The position numbers were made by a program, and so were the translations under genes. Shown one piece after another: positions 12,401-24,739 of a DNA stretch of 64,000 bases (its first letter is position 1; each line of letters begins with the position of its first letter). The stretch is from Heptranchias perlo. Lineage: Eukaryota. The notes under the pieces were generated by a model that did not search any database, had not been told where the DNA came from, and saw only the letters and a program-made list of their open reading frames with translations. The stretch is from contig NC_090368.1 in the NCBI RefSeq assembly GCF_035084215.1, positions 3,348,001 through 3,412,000 on the forward strand, written 5' to 3'.

Positions 12401-15400
12401 CCAGCACAGTAATAAAACGAAGGACAGAGTCTGGGACTTTGCCTGTAAGACAAGCTTCAGAGGGCTTATTAATTGCAGCTGGACAGATTACGTCAACAAC
12501 TTCGATGAAGGAATTAATTTCTCCTGCCCTTCTAAGTCGTTGATTTGTGGACTAGAAAATCTTCTTGACGACAAGCACAAGGATCGGAGGTAATACTTTT
12601 CCAGTAATTTCCTTCTTGGATCATCAGTAATATAATTTGTGACCTGTGTGGCACACACTCCTTATTTGGGTGACACCATTCTTTTGTACCTCTAGGTGGT
12701 GCCCTGGTTCCACTTTCCCATTATGACCTGCCTGTCATTCACACATCTACCATTAGATGGAGCTCCATGGGCTCCAGAGGGTGCAGATCCCCACATCGAT
12801 ACCTATATACCTCATCCTTATTTGCAAATCCCCTCCCTATCTCTGGAACCTCCTCCAGCCCCACAACCCTCCGAGATCTCTGCACTCCTCCAATTCTGGC
12901 CTCTCGCGCATCCCCCGATTTCCTTCGCTCCACCATTGGCGGCCGTGTCTTCAGCTGCCTCGGCCCTAAGCTCTGGAATTCCCTCCCTAAACCTCTCCGC
13001 CTCTCTCTCCTCCTTTAAGACGCTCCTAGCCAGTATTTCAGCTGTGGCTCAGTGGGTAGCACACTGGCCTCTGAGTCAGAAGGCCATGGGTTCGAGTCCC
13101 ACTCAAGAGACTTGAGCACAAAATCCAGTACTGAGGGAGTGCTGCACTGTCGGAGGTGCCGTCTTTCAGATGAGATGTTAAACCGAGGCCACATCTGCCC
13201 TCTCAGGTGGATGTAAAAGACCCCACGGCCACTATTCGAAGAAAACCTGGGGAGTTGTGTCCTGGGCTAATATTTATCCCTCAACCAACATCACTAAAAC
13301 AGATGATCTGGTCATTATCACATTGCTGTTTGTGGGATCTTGCTGTGCGCAAATTGGCTGCTGCATTTCCTACATTCTAACAATGATTACAAAAGTACTT
13401 TGGGACATCCTGAGGTGAAAAGCATGAAAGAAATGCAAATTCTTTCTTTCCTTCCATCCTGTCTTCCCTTTCTCCTTCCTTCCTTTCCCCCTTCCTTCCC
13501 TTTCCCCTTCCTTCCCTTTTCCCCTTCCTTCCTTTCCCCCTTCCTTCCCTTTTCCCCTTCTTTCCTTCCCTTTTCCCCTTCCTTCCCTTTCCCCTTCTTT
13601 CCTTCCCTTTTCCCCTTCCTTCCCTTCCCCTTCCTTCCCTTCCCCTTCCTTCCCTTTCCCCTTCCTTCCCTTTCCCCCTTCCTTCCATTTCCCCTTTCTT
13701 CCTTTTCCCCTTCTTTCCTTTTTCCTTCCTTCCCTTTTCCCCTTCCTTCCTTCCCTTTTCCCCTTCCTTCCCTTTTCCCCTTCCTTCCCTTTCCCCTTCC
13801 TTCCTTCCCTTCCCCTTCCTTCCCTTCCCCTTCCTTCCCTTTCCCCCTTCCTTCCATTTCCCCCTTCCTTCCATTTCCCCTTCCTTCCCTTTCCCCCTTC
13901 CTTCCCTTTCCCCCTTCTTTCCTTCCCTTTCCCCCTTCCTTCCTTCCCCCCTCGCTTCCTTCCAATTCCCCTTCCTTCCTTTTCCTCTTCCTTCCCTTCC
14001 CCCCTCGCTTCCTTCCTTTCCCCCTTCCTTCCTTTTCCCCTTCTTTCCTTCCTTTCCCCCTTCCTTCCCTTTCCCCCTTCCTTCCCTTTCCCCTTCCTTC
14101 CCTTTCCCCTTCCTTCCCTTTCCCCTTCCTTCCCTTTCCCCCTNNNNNNNNNNNNNNNNNNNNNNNNNNNNNNNNNNNNNNNNNNNNNNNNNNNNNNNNN
14201 NNNNNNNNNNNNNNNNNNNNNNNNNNNNNNNNNNNNNNNNNNNNNNNNNNNNNNNNNNNNNNNNNNNNNNNNNNNNNNNNNNNNNNNNNNNNNNNNNNNN
14301 NNNNNNNNNNNNNNNNNNNNNNNNNNNNNNNNNNNNNNNNNNNNNNNNNNNNNNNNNNTTCCCCCTNNNNNNNNNNNNNNNNNNNNNNNNNNNNNNNNNN
14401 NNNNNNNNNNNNNNNNNNNNNNNNNNNNNNNNNNNNNNNNNNNNNNNNNNNNNNNNNNNNNNNNNNNNNNNNNNNNNNNNNNNNNNNNNNNNNNNNNNNN
14501 NNNNNNNNNNNNNNNNNNNNNNNNNNNNNNNNNNNNNNNNNNNNNNNNNNNNNNNNNNNNNNNNNNNNNNNNNNNNNNNNNNNNNNNNNNNNNCCCCTTC
14601 ATGAGAGTTCCAGAGTCCTGTCACCTCAGGTTCAATGATCCAGGGTTTGTCCCTTTGACCACAGGTGGAAGTTTTACTGTTGCCAAGGAGATGACGTGTG
14701 TTTGACCAGATGCATTTGGACACCCTACATCAACAAGTACAAGGAATACTTCAGTTGGCAAGTTCCCGAAGGTTCCCACCTGGTTGGGACTGTCTGTTAC
14801 AATGACGATCAGCGTGGGTACGTATCGAAACAGATTCCTTCCAACCTCCTCATCCCACCATCCTTGACGTTCTCTGTTTCTTCCAAATCTCCTCCTGTCA
14901 TGCCCTGAAGGGGGTGCCGACTCATGCCAGGTATTCCCCCCCCCTCCTGCTCCGGAGAGTCGGGACAGCAAACATTGGCGGGCTATTCGGCTGTGGGAGC
15001 CATCGCGGCCTGATGCTGCCTTCCCGCGCCGTCCAGGAGCTGCTGGCTGTCCGCCAGGAGCCTGATGGGTCCCAGGTCCGCCGTGCGCTGTTGGAATGGG
15101 AAATTTATCCGCTCCTTCCCGACCCACCTGGTCCGAGGCTGACATGGATCACTCCCAAAAGGCCTCCTCCCCTCAGCTGTACCAGTCGAACACACAAACC
15201 CATTTAACGGTTCCTTTTAAGCGGGCCATATGAGCGCAAGTTAGATGCGGCCGAGCCAGGCCGTTCGGCCCATCCCAGCTCTTCGACCCTGAAAGACCTC
15301 ACAATTGCCCACCCTCATCGCACCATCCAACAGTCTCTTGGACGATTCCAGGACTTTTTTGGCCCCCTCTCCTCTATTGGGTGCCCATCCCACATGTCGG

Positions 15401-16296
15401 TGACTCTGATTGTGTAGAAAAACCTCCAGACACCTGTCCTAAACTGACCTTTTGGCAGTTTGACCCCACGACCCCTTGCCCCACTGTCGTGGTGTCGTTT
15501 GAATCATAGAATGGCACTGCGCCAAAGGGGGCCATTCGGCCCATCCTGCCAGTTCTGGTTTGACCTTTACTACACCGTTTGTTATCTTATCTCTCAGTCA
15601 CCTCCAATCGAAGATGAGGGGTGGGGGGGAGTAGAAATTAATTTGGGGTGGTAAAGGATCAGTCGCCCTTTTTTCTCCTGAGGCTCAATTCCAATAACTG
15701 CAACGGAACGAAATATCGCACAGGACTTGAGCACAAAATCCAGGCCGACGCTCCCAGCGCCAGTACTGAGGGAGTGCTGCACTGTCGGAGGTGCCGTCTT
15801 TCAGATGAGACGCTAAACCACGGCCCCCGTCTGCCCCTCTCAGGTGGACGTAAAAGATCCCACGGCCGCTATTTCGAAGAAGAGCAGGGGGGGGGAGTTC
15901 TCCCCGGTGTCCTGGGGCCAATATTTATCCCTCAACCAACATCACTAAAAACAGATGATCTGGTCATTGTCACATTGCTGTTTGTGGGATCTTGCTGTGC
16001 GCAAATTGGCTGCCACTTTTCCTACATTACAACACTTCAAAAAAGTACTTAATTAGCTGTAACGGGCTTTGGGACGTCCTGAGGTGGTGAAAGGCGCGAC
16101 AGAAACACAAGTTCCTTCTTTTTTTTGAGGAGTCCAAGGCTCTTCGGGCTTTCCTGGTGCCTCAGTAACAGGTTGCCATGACGAAGAGTCCCTAAATGCC
16201 GCACTGCATGGGTAAAATATCCCCCTGTCTGGTTTTGCCTTCTCTTGCAGGCAGCGTCGATGGCAGTATCGATACTGCGCGATGGATCCATGTTAA
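6411..16296 (+). CDS. Dermatopontin-family / haemagglutinin-amoebocyte aggregation factor (HAAF)-like secreted protein, 5 exons: 6411-6483, 8404-8479, 12401-12589, 14665-14817, 16251-16296 (178 aa)
   Basis: All introns are GT-AG with compatible phases (1,2,2,2). Protein: MSDVTILLVICVFLAGGRVQPEGA (signal peptide) EKRWLNDYQMLHYVCPHRASISIIVS QHSNKTKDRVWDFACKTSFRGLINCSWTDYVNNFDEGINFSCPSKSLICGLENLLDDKHKDRR WKFYCCQGDDVCLTRCIWTPYINKYKEYFSWQVPEGSHLVGTVCYNDDQRG QRRWQYRYCAMDPC*. Three D/Q-R-x-W-x-F/Y-x-C repeats and WT-x-Y-V/I-N motifs are diagnostic of the DPT/HAAF family. ATTAAA at 16331. Confidence 0.9.
6533..6955 (-). mobile_element. DeuSINE (SacSINE1-like) SINE
   Basis: tRNA-like head, Deu-domain-like core (GGAGGTGCCGTCTTTCGGATGAGACG...AAAAGATCCCA...CAAATTGGCTGC) and L2-like tail. 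Further copies at ~13040-13445(+), 15720-16115(+), 19135-19895(+, interrupted), 20278-20690(-), 29895-30150(+), 41860-41968(+), 50715-51125(-). Confidence 0.75.
7280..7830 (-). mobile_element. L2 LINE 3' fragment
   Basis: LADRHWLLVRQRLDFKIL...[18 protein letters not shown]-terminal L2 ORF2 motif plus tail. Similar fragments at ~12740-13027(+), 23953-24450(-), 34995-35720(-), 36385-36860(-), 58335-58655(+). Confidence 0.8.
8620..12378. repeat. ~3.8 kb satellite, 16-19 bp unit AATTGTAATCATCGTGTCG, filling intron 2 of the HAAF-like gene
   Basis: About 200 degenerate tandem copies, ending ~20 nt before the exon 3 acceptor. Confidence 0.95.
13441..14600. repeat. Polypyrimidine (CTTCC/CCTT)n tract with N-runs (14144-14358, 14367-14593)
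   Basis: Read directly from the sequence. Confidence 0.9.
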
Positions 16297-16345
16297 CCTG
16301 GGCGGTGACGGATGCGTTGTGGGAGATGTCATTAAAGGAGGGGCA

Positions 16346-16476
16346 AGTCGATTGGCCTCACGAGTCTTGTTTGTATCGTTGCCCTTGCAATTCTATCCAC
16401 TCTGAACACGAGTCGATTGGCCTCACGAGTCTTGTTTGTATCGTTGCCCTTGCAATTCTATCCACTCTGAACACGA
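16346..16476 (+). repeat. Perfect 65-bp tandem duplication just 3' of the HAAF-like polyA signal
   Basis: AGTCGATTGGCCTCACGAG...CTCTGAACACG repeated at 16346 and 16411. Confidence 0.85.
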
Positions 16477-17084
16477 GAGATCACTTCACAGACTCGGGGG
16501 AGGGGGGGGGGCAGGGAGCACCTTGGGCAAGCTGGGGACTGAAGGAAGGGCCAGGATTGTTGGGTTTTTAGGGGTCTGTTGAGGCTAGGGAGTGAGGTAG
16601 TTAGACATAGTGGCTCTGGGAAAGAAGTCAAGGGGTGTAGTGACTGAATGATGGGCTTCCATAGCAACAGAAGGAGGCCGTTCAGCCCCTCGAGCTTCTT
16701 CCGTCCTTCAAGTGGATCTTGGCTGATCAGTATCTCAACTCCATTTGCCCCCCTTGGTTCAATATCTTTTAATGCCCTTACCCAACACAAATCTATCCAT
16801 CCAACTGGGAACAGTTCAGAGTTAGTGGGGGGTTTGCACAGGAAGGTGAGATCTTCCAGAAAGGGTGGACTGAGATCATTCGGGGGTGGGGGGGGGAGGG
16901 AATTGAATAGTCAGAGTCACAGAGTCAATGGGGCTTGGCGAGGACTGGGGTGATGGATGTGGAGAGGGGGGGAGCTATGTGTGGAAATGGGATGGGTAAA
17001 GGGGGTTAGGATTAGCTGTCAACAGACATGGTTACAGCACAGGAGGAGACCATTCGGCCCATCGAGTCAGTGCCAGCTTTTTTT

Positions 17085-18590
17085 TTTATTCGTTCACGGG
17101 ATGTGGGCGTCGCTGGCGAGGCCAGCATTTATTGCCCGTCCCTAATTGCCCTCGAGAAGGTGGTGGTGAGCCGCCTTCTTGAACCGCTGCAGTCCGTGTG
17201 GTGAAGGTTCTCCCACAGTGCTGTTAGGAAGGGAGTTCCAGGATTTTGACCCAGCGACGATGAAGGAACGGCGATATATTTCCAAGTCGGGATGGTGTGT
17301 GACTTGGAGGGGAACGTGCAGGTGGTGTTGTTCCCATGTGCCTGCTGCTCTTGTCCTTCAAGGTGGTAGAGGTCGCGAGTTTGGGAGGTGCTGTCGAAGA
17401 AGCCTTGGCGAGTTGCTGCAGTGCATCCTGTGGATGGTACACACTGCAGCCACAGTGCGCCGGTGGTGAAGGGAGTGAATGTTCAGGGTGGCGGATGGGG
17501 CGCTAATCAAGCGGGCTGCTTTGTCCTGGATGGTGTCGAGCTTCTTGAGTGTTGTTGGAGCTGCACTCATCCGGGCAAGTGGAGAGTATTCCATCACACT
17601 CCTGACTTGTGCCTTGTGGATGGTGGAAAGGCTTTGGGGAGTCAGGAGGTGAGTCACTCGCCGCAGAATACCCAGCCTCTGACCTGCTCTCGTAGCCACA
17701 GTATTTATATGGCTGGTCCAGTTAAGTTTCTGGTCAATGGTGACCCCCAGGATGTTGATGGTGGGGGATTCGGTGATGGTAATGCCGTTGAATGTCAGGG
17801 GGAGGTGGTTAGACTCTCTCTTGTTGGAGATGGTCATTGCCTGGCACTTATCTGGCACGAATGTTACTTGCCACTTATGAGCCCAAGCCTGGATGTTGTC
17901 CAGGTCTTGCTGCATGCAGGCTCGGACTGCTTCATTATTTGATGGGTTGTGAATGGAACTGAACACTGTGCAGTCATCAGCGAACATCCCCATTTCTGAC
18001 CTTATGATGGAGGGAAGGTCATTGATGAAGCAGCTGAAGATGGTTGGGCCTAGGACACTGCCCTGAGGAACTCCTGCAGCAATGTCCTGGGGCTGAGATG
18101 ATTGGCCTCCAACAACCACTACCATCTTCCTTTGTGCTTGGTATCACTCCAGCCACTGGAGAGTTTTCCCCCTGATTCCCATTGATTTCAATTTTACTAG
18201 GGCTCCTTGGTGCCACACTCGGTCAAATGCTGCCTTGATGTCAAGGGCAGTCACTCTCACCTCACCTCTGGAATTCAGCTCTTTTATCCATGTTTGGACC
18301 AACGCTGTAATGAGGTCTGGAGCTGAGTGGTCCTGGCGGAACCCAAACTGAGCATCGGTGAGCAGGTTATTGGTGAGTAAGTGCCACTTGATAGCACTGT
18401 CGATGACACCTTCCATCACTTTGCTGATGATTGAGAGTAGACTGATGGGGCGGTAGTTGGCCGGATTGGATTTGTCCTGCTTTTTGGGGACAGGACATAC
18501 CTGGGCAATTTTCCACATTGTCGGGTAGATGCCAGTGTTGTAGCTGTACTGGAACAGCTTGGCTAGAGGCGCAGCTAGTTCTGGAGCACC
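17085..18590 (-). mobile_element. 5'-truncated non-LTR retrotransposon (CR1/L2-related 'family A'), RT domain
   Basis: ORFs carry NYRPISLLS, DIKAAFDRVWH, GVPQGSVLGP and FADD RT motifs. Further copies at ~21140-21575(-), 22525-23080(-), 34365-34935(+), 47440-48240(+), 48625-49775(-). Confidence 0.9.
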
Positions 18591-18639
18591 TGCAAGAGTA
18601 TGAAATTGAAGAGCAAGAATAGACTAGGTGGTCTATCAA

Positions 18640-19070
18640 GCCTGCCCCACACACATGCTAGCTGGGACCAGCTGGACTGCTCTTGCATAGAGCCGGCACG
18701 GACTCGATGGGCCGAATGGCCTCCTTCCCTGCTGTAACCTTTCTATGATTCTATGAGAGAAACTGTCCCCATTGGCGGAAAGGTCAAGAACCAGAGGACG
18801 CAGATTCAAGGTGATTGGCTAGAGAACCAAAGGCGACATGAGGAAAAACTTTTTTACACAGCGAGTGGTTAGGATCTGGAATGCACTGCCCGAGGGGGTG
18901 GTGGAGGCAGATTCAATCATGGCCTTCAAAAGGGAACTGGATAAGTACTTGAAAGGAAAAAATTTGCAGGGCTACGGGGGAGTGGGACTAGCTGGAGAGC
19001 TCTTGCAGGGAGCCGGCACCGACTCGATGGGCCAAATGGCCTGTCCTGTAACCATTCAATGGTTCTATGC
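18640..19070 (+). mobile_element. CR1 (HER1-like) 3' fragments
   Basis: NFFTQRVVRIWNALPEGVVEADS motif plus CR1 tail. Similar fragments at ~21905-22270(-), 27250-27400(+), 30220-30370(-), 31400-32165(mixed), 33450-33960(-), 38535-38980(+), 39460-39790(+), 40535-40845(+), 49985-50405(+), 62850-63310(-), 63860-64000(-). Confidence 0.8.
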
Positions 19071-19306
19071 TGGCCAGAGCATCGTGACTAGACACTTCCT
19101 CCATCTGTCCTCCCACCCCACCCCAGGCATGTAATCTCAGTTGGTAGCACTCTCTCGTCTCGGAGCTTTTAGAGTGGTTTGAAGTCTCCAGACACTAAGG
19201 GCATACTCAAAAGCAAAACACTGCGGACGCTGGAAATCTGAAATAAAAGCAGAAAATGCTGGAAAAGCTCAGCAAGTGAGGCAGCATCTGTGGAGAAAGA
19301 AACAAG

Positions 19307-19343
19307 AGTTAACGTTTCAGGTCGAAGACCTTTCGTCAGAACT
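19307..19343 (-). ncRNA. Minimal type I hammerhead ribozyme motif in a Penelope-like terminal fragment (~19205-19560)
   Basis: Minus strand reads AGTT-CTGACGA-A-AGGTC-TTC-GACCT-GAAACGTT-AACT: stem I, CUGANGA core, stem II, GAAA and palindromic stem III. Confidence 0.7.
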
Positions 19344-22300
19344 GGAAGATGTTAAAAGTTTTTACAGAGTCAGGGAAAGGGGGAGGGAGGAGAGGGGAGG
19401 GAAGAACAAAAGGGAAGGTCTGTGATAGAGTGGAGGACACGAGTGATTAATTGAGTGATGATGGTGCAAGGCAGGGAGGGTGGTAATGGGACAGGTTAAG
19501 AAACGAAAGATTGATCAGGAGTAGCTGTATATGGCAGCAGCAGAACCATTACCAGCACTGGCTGACCGAAAAAATGGGAGCAGTGGATCTGATCTGAAAT
19601 CAGTGTTGAGTTAAGCATATAATCCAGGCTGACACTCCCAGTGCCAGTACTGAGGGAGTGCAGTTGTGTCGGAGGTGCTGCCTTTCGGATGGACCCAATA
19701 TTTATCCCTCAACCAACGTCACTAAAATACAGATGATGTGGTCATTATCACATTGCTGTTTTGTGGGATCTTGCTGTGCGCAAATTGACGTTCCCAACAT
19801 TACAACAGTGACTACACTTCATAAAGCACTTCGTTGGCTGTAAAGCACTTTGGGACGTCCTGAGGATGTGAAAGGTGCTACAGAAATGCAAGATCCTTTT
19901 GTTCTTTCTCATTTAAGGGCCTGCTTTGGTTTTTCAAACTCCTGATAGATCACAGAAGTCTGAGTTCTGTCACTGGAACGGAAAGGGGGAAGTAACATTG
20001 TGAGGAAGGTGCTCAGAGAGCTGTTGACACAGTTCTGACTCGATGCAGCATTATTTTTTGTTTGAAGTTACAAATTGCTGTAAAAATAAAAATAGATTTC
20101 GATAAAAGACAAACAGCTTCTGACCTCACAAATTTGTGTTTTATGTAAATCCAAACCCTCTCCATCTGTCCTGAAACCATTCCCTGGAATATAAGTTTAC
20201 AAATTTCAGTCATGAAACGATTGGACCACTCAATCTCCTCATTAAGAGCAAACAACCTTTGCTTTGAAAATAAGAGGAAAGACCTGCATTTATATAGCGC
20301 CTTTCACATCCTCAGGATGTCCCAAAGCACTTTACAGCCAATGAAATAGTTTTTTGAAGTGTAGTCACTCTTATAATGTAGGAAACACAGTGCACAGCAA
20401 GATCCCACAAACATCAATGTGATAATGACCAGATCATCTGTTTTTTAGTGATAAATATTGACCAGAACACCAGGGAGAGCTCCCCTGCTTTTCTTTAAAG
20501 CATTGGATCTTTTACACCCACTTGAGAGGATAGATAGGACCTCAGTTTAACATCTAATCTGAAAGACGGCACCTCCGACAGTGCAGCACTCCCTCAGTAC
20601 TGCACTGGGAGTGTCAGCCTGGATTACGTGCTCAAGTCTCTGGAGTGGGGCTCGAGCCCACGACCTTCTGACCTCAGAGGTGAGAGTGTAACTACGGCCG
20701 ACCCTTAGAAATTTAAAGCAGTATAAAAGTTGCAACTGATCAGGACTCTGTCGGTCAGGAGCTGACTGTTTAAACATGTGAAGATTCTTATTGATCGATG
20801 CTTTTAAAAGCAACTCCCTGGAGGTAATGTTGATACTGGCCGACAGTGTAAGCTGAGTTTTATCGTATCATTATATGCCCATTATATATTGAAGACAACA
20901 GAAAAATGAAAATTGGGAAAGATGCACGATAGGCTCCTGATCCATTATTGCCCATTTTAGACTATCCCCCAAAGTTAAAATTACTACTCCCGCACCCCAT
21001 TTCTTACACTGATATCTTCATCTGATTCTCCTCCGTACCATCTCCACCCAGCCTCCATCGAGTCCAAAACCAATCAGGGGTGGGAATGGGAAAAATTCAG
21101 GTGTCCTGGGATTTAATCTTAACTCTTTTTTGAATTCTCATTCTGAGGATGTGGGCGTCGCTGGCGAGGTTGGCATTTATTGCCCATCCCTAATTGCCCC
21201 TTGAGAAGGTGGTGGTGAGCCGCCTTCTTGAACCGCTGCAGTCCGTGTGGTGACGGTTCTCCCACAGTGCTGTTAGGAAGGGAGTTCCAGGATTTTGACC
21301 CGGCGATGATGAAGGATCGGCCGATATATTTCCAAGTCGGGATGGGGTGTGATTTGGAGGGGAACGTGCAGGTGGTGTTGTTCCCATGTGCCTGCTGCCC
21401 TTGTCCTTCTAGGTGGTAGAGGTCGCGGGTTTGGGAGGTGCTGTCGAAGAAGCCTTGGCGAGTTGCTGCAGTGCATCCTGTGGATGGTACACACTGCAGC
21501 CACAGTGCGCCGGTGGTGGAGAGAGTGGGTGTTTAAGGTGGTGGATGGGCTTCCAATCAAGGGGGCTGCTTTGTTGGCCCAGGGAGGGCACATGTACCAA
21601 ACCCCTGTCTGGGTGATAGTACAAAATGGGTGATATTGAATTTGTGCGATTTTTCTTTCTGTAATGTGTATGACGGGCGGCTAATTCAATAACGTCCGAC
21701 GCCACAAATTACCCCGTTTGCTTTTCTGCTGCTGAATATTTATCGAAACCATTGATACCTCCAACAACTAACCTCCCGATACCTGAATGAAGTGGGGATA
21801 CAGGGAGACTTTATCTTGCAAAACAGACTCAATTCCTGTCCTTGGTTAGGGAGCAGGCAAATATGTCGGGGATCTGTGCGGTTCAGCATGGATCGGGGTG
21901 GGACCTATCATACAGCACAGAAGGAGGCCATTCGGCCCATCGTGCCTGTGCTGGCTCTTTGAAAGAGTTCTCCAATTAGTCCCATAATATATATTTTGAA
22001 AGTTACCACTGAATCTGCTTCCACCTCCCTTTCAGGCAGCGCATTCCAGATCGTAACAAGTTGCTGGTTAAAAAAATATTCTCCTAATCTCCCCTCTGGT
22101 TCTTTTACCAATTATCTTCAATCTGTGTCCTCTGGTTACCGACCCTCCAGCCAGTGGAAATAGTTTCTCCTTATTTACTCTATCAAAACCCTCATGATTT
22201 TGACTATGAAATCTTCCCTTAACCTTCTCTGCTCTAAGGAGAACAATCCCAGCTTCTCCAGTCTCTCCGCTACCTGGCCCTTCCGTGGTGTATATCTCAG

Positions 22301-24739
22301 GGTTGGAAGTCGGCCCCTCGCTTATCTGGATGCCTCAGCACCAAACTAGGCAAGTGTCCTAGAGTGGGTGGAGTAATCTCAATAAAAGGGACAAGTTCAC
22401 ACGGGGAGATGAGGCTGGGCTGGGAGATGACAGGAGATTGTAGTTAATGAAAAGCATTTTTAAAAAAGAGGCAAAGAAATCAAGAATGAGATAGCCAAGG
22501 GGGTTAAGAACAGGAGCTGAGGTTTTTTTATTCATTCATGGGATGTGGGCCTCGCTGGCGAGGCTGGCATTTATTGCCCATCCCTAATTGCCCCTTGAGA
22601 AGGTGGTGGTGAGCCGCCTTCTTGAACCGCTGCAGTCCGTGTGGTGAAGGTTCTCCCACAGTGCTGTTAGGAAGGGAGTTCCAGGATTTTGACCCAGCGA
22701 CAATGAAGGAACGGCCGATATATTTCCAAGTCGGGATGGTGTGTGACTTGGAGGGGAACGTGCAGGTGGTGTTGTTCCCATGTGCCTGCTGCTCTTGTCC
22801 TTCTAGGTAATAGAGGTCGCGGGTTTGGGAGGTGCTGTCGAAGAAGCCTTGGCGAGTTGCTGCAGTGCATCCTGTGGATGGTACACACTGCAGCCACGGT
22901 GCGCCGGTGGTGAAGGGAGTGAATGTTTAGGGTGGTGGATGGGGTGCCAATCAAGCGGGCTGCTTTGTCCTGGATGGTGTCGAGCTTCTTGAGTGTTGTC
23001 GGAGCTGCACTCATCCAGGCAAGTGGAGAGTATTCCATCACACTCCTGACTTGTGCCTTGTAGATGCTGGAAAGGGTTTTGCTGAGTGTCCCTGTCCAGA
23101 TAATGAGTTGGGGGTTTTTTTTGCGGTAAGTGGAATGATTCGTTTCCAGGAGTGTGAACGTATAACTGTATTTCTCAGGTTTCTGCCCTGCTCATGTGTA
23201 AAACAGACGAGTCCCACCATGATTCAGAGGTGCAGATGCATCCGCTGGCCGCCACGTGTCACCCAGCGAGCAGAGAGGGTTTCAGTTCCGCTCCGGCGTT
23301 GCTCTCCCCGCAGGGAGCGGGCGACCGCACCACCTGCACCGCTTCAACAAACAAACCCAAAACGGCATCGATTTGGGTATCAGAAGCTAAAAAAAGCTTT
23401 TGAAACACCGCCTCGGTCCCCCGTGGGGAAATGGCGAGGCCGAGCGTGGAGATGCTGCATTCAGCACCGCTATTAGACTCTGGCTGTTCCACCATGTGAA
23501 TCATCACCATCGTGGATTTAACTGGACTAACAAGAGTTGCAAGAGGTTTGAAAGTTCAGGAAAAAAAACATCCCATTAAATCAACAAAGCCATTCCCCCT
23601 TTTTTATAGACCTGACCCCCACCTCCCGACCTTCTCACCACCTCCTTCCATCCTCTCTCTCTCTCTCCACTCACACAGAGGGTTGTTGGGATGTGGACTG
23701 TCCGACCAGAAACAGTCGAATCCAGGCTAGGTTTCAAAAGGGAAATGGGTGAAGATTTGAAAAAGGAAAATTTAAAAGGGTGCGAGGAAAGGGCAGGGGA
23801 ATGGGACAAGGGGAGAGCTCTTTCAGAGAGAGAGGGCACAGGGGCGATGGGCTGAATGGCTCAGGATCTGGGCTCCCTCTGTGACTTGCCCTTTGGAGGG
23901 AAACAACCGATGCACTACCGCTCCCTCGACAGCAGGTGGCGCTGTTGGCAGCAACAACAACCTGCATTTATATAGCGCCTGTAACGTAGTAAAACGTCCC
24001 AAGGTGCTTCACAGGAGCGTTAATCAGATAAAATTTGACACCGAGCCACATAAGGCCATATTAGGACAGGTGACCAAAAGCCTGGTCAAAGAGGTAGGTT
24101 TTAAGGAGCGTCTTAAAGGGGGAGAGAGAGGCGGAGAGGTTTAGGGAGAGAATTCCAGAGCTTAGGGCCCAGGCAGCTGAAGGCACGGCCGCCAATGGTG
24201 GAGCGATTATAATGGATGTGCAAGAGGCCAGATTTGGAGGAGCGCAGAGATCCCGGAGGGGTTGTACGGCTGGAGCTAGGGAGGGGGACTTGGTGCAAGT
24301 TGGGATACGGGCATCAGAGTTTTGGATGAGCTCAAGTTTACGGAGGGTGGAAGATGGGAGGCCGGCCAGGAGAGCATTGGAATAGTCAAGTCTCGAGGTA
24401 ACAAAGGCACAGATGAGGGCTTCAGCAGCAGATGAGCTGAGGCAGGGGGAGTTGTTGCTCCATGTAACACTCTGAGGGGAATCCTGAGAGTTAATGGGCT
24501 GCATGACACCACTATTCCTGGCCAGAATGGAGATGATTGGGTAATTGCCCCGTACTGGAGACAGCACTGCAGTAAGTGACTGGGATCAATTTTATGCACA
24601 TAATTTGCATATAACTATCCTCCGCTCACTGCGTTTTGCTGGCAAAATAATCCTGCTTTTATCGGGAGAAGTTGCTGTAGTTTCGGTCATGAGTTCTGTT
24701 TGCTGCAGTTCTTAGAGACTCTTATTAAATAGACTCTGT

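Noticed and set aside
12696-12790. Possible extra exon of the HAAF-like gene (TCTAG acceptor, ...SHYDLPV...)
   Set aside because: It runs into decayed L2 sequence, has no convincing donor, and exons 3 and 4 already join in frame to give the DRRWKFYCC motif.
13040-13115. tRNA-like sequence
   Set aside because: It is the tRNA-derived head of a DeuSINE and does not form a complete cloverleaf; the same applies to the SINE heads at ~29895, ~37520 and ~61130.
13340-14723. Long Phe/Pro/Ser and Gly/Lys/Arg ORFs
   Set aside because: Polypyrimidine low-complexity tract plus N-runs.
23200-23500. CpG-rich patch with short ORFs
   Set aside because: No recognisable protein motif or consistent splice structure.
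24603-24610. Isolated octamer ATTTGCAT (also 51601-51608)
   Set aside because: No leader exon follows, and the same 8-mer occurs by chance in L2/SINE tails in this window.
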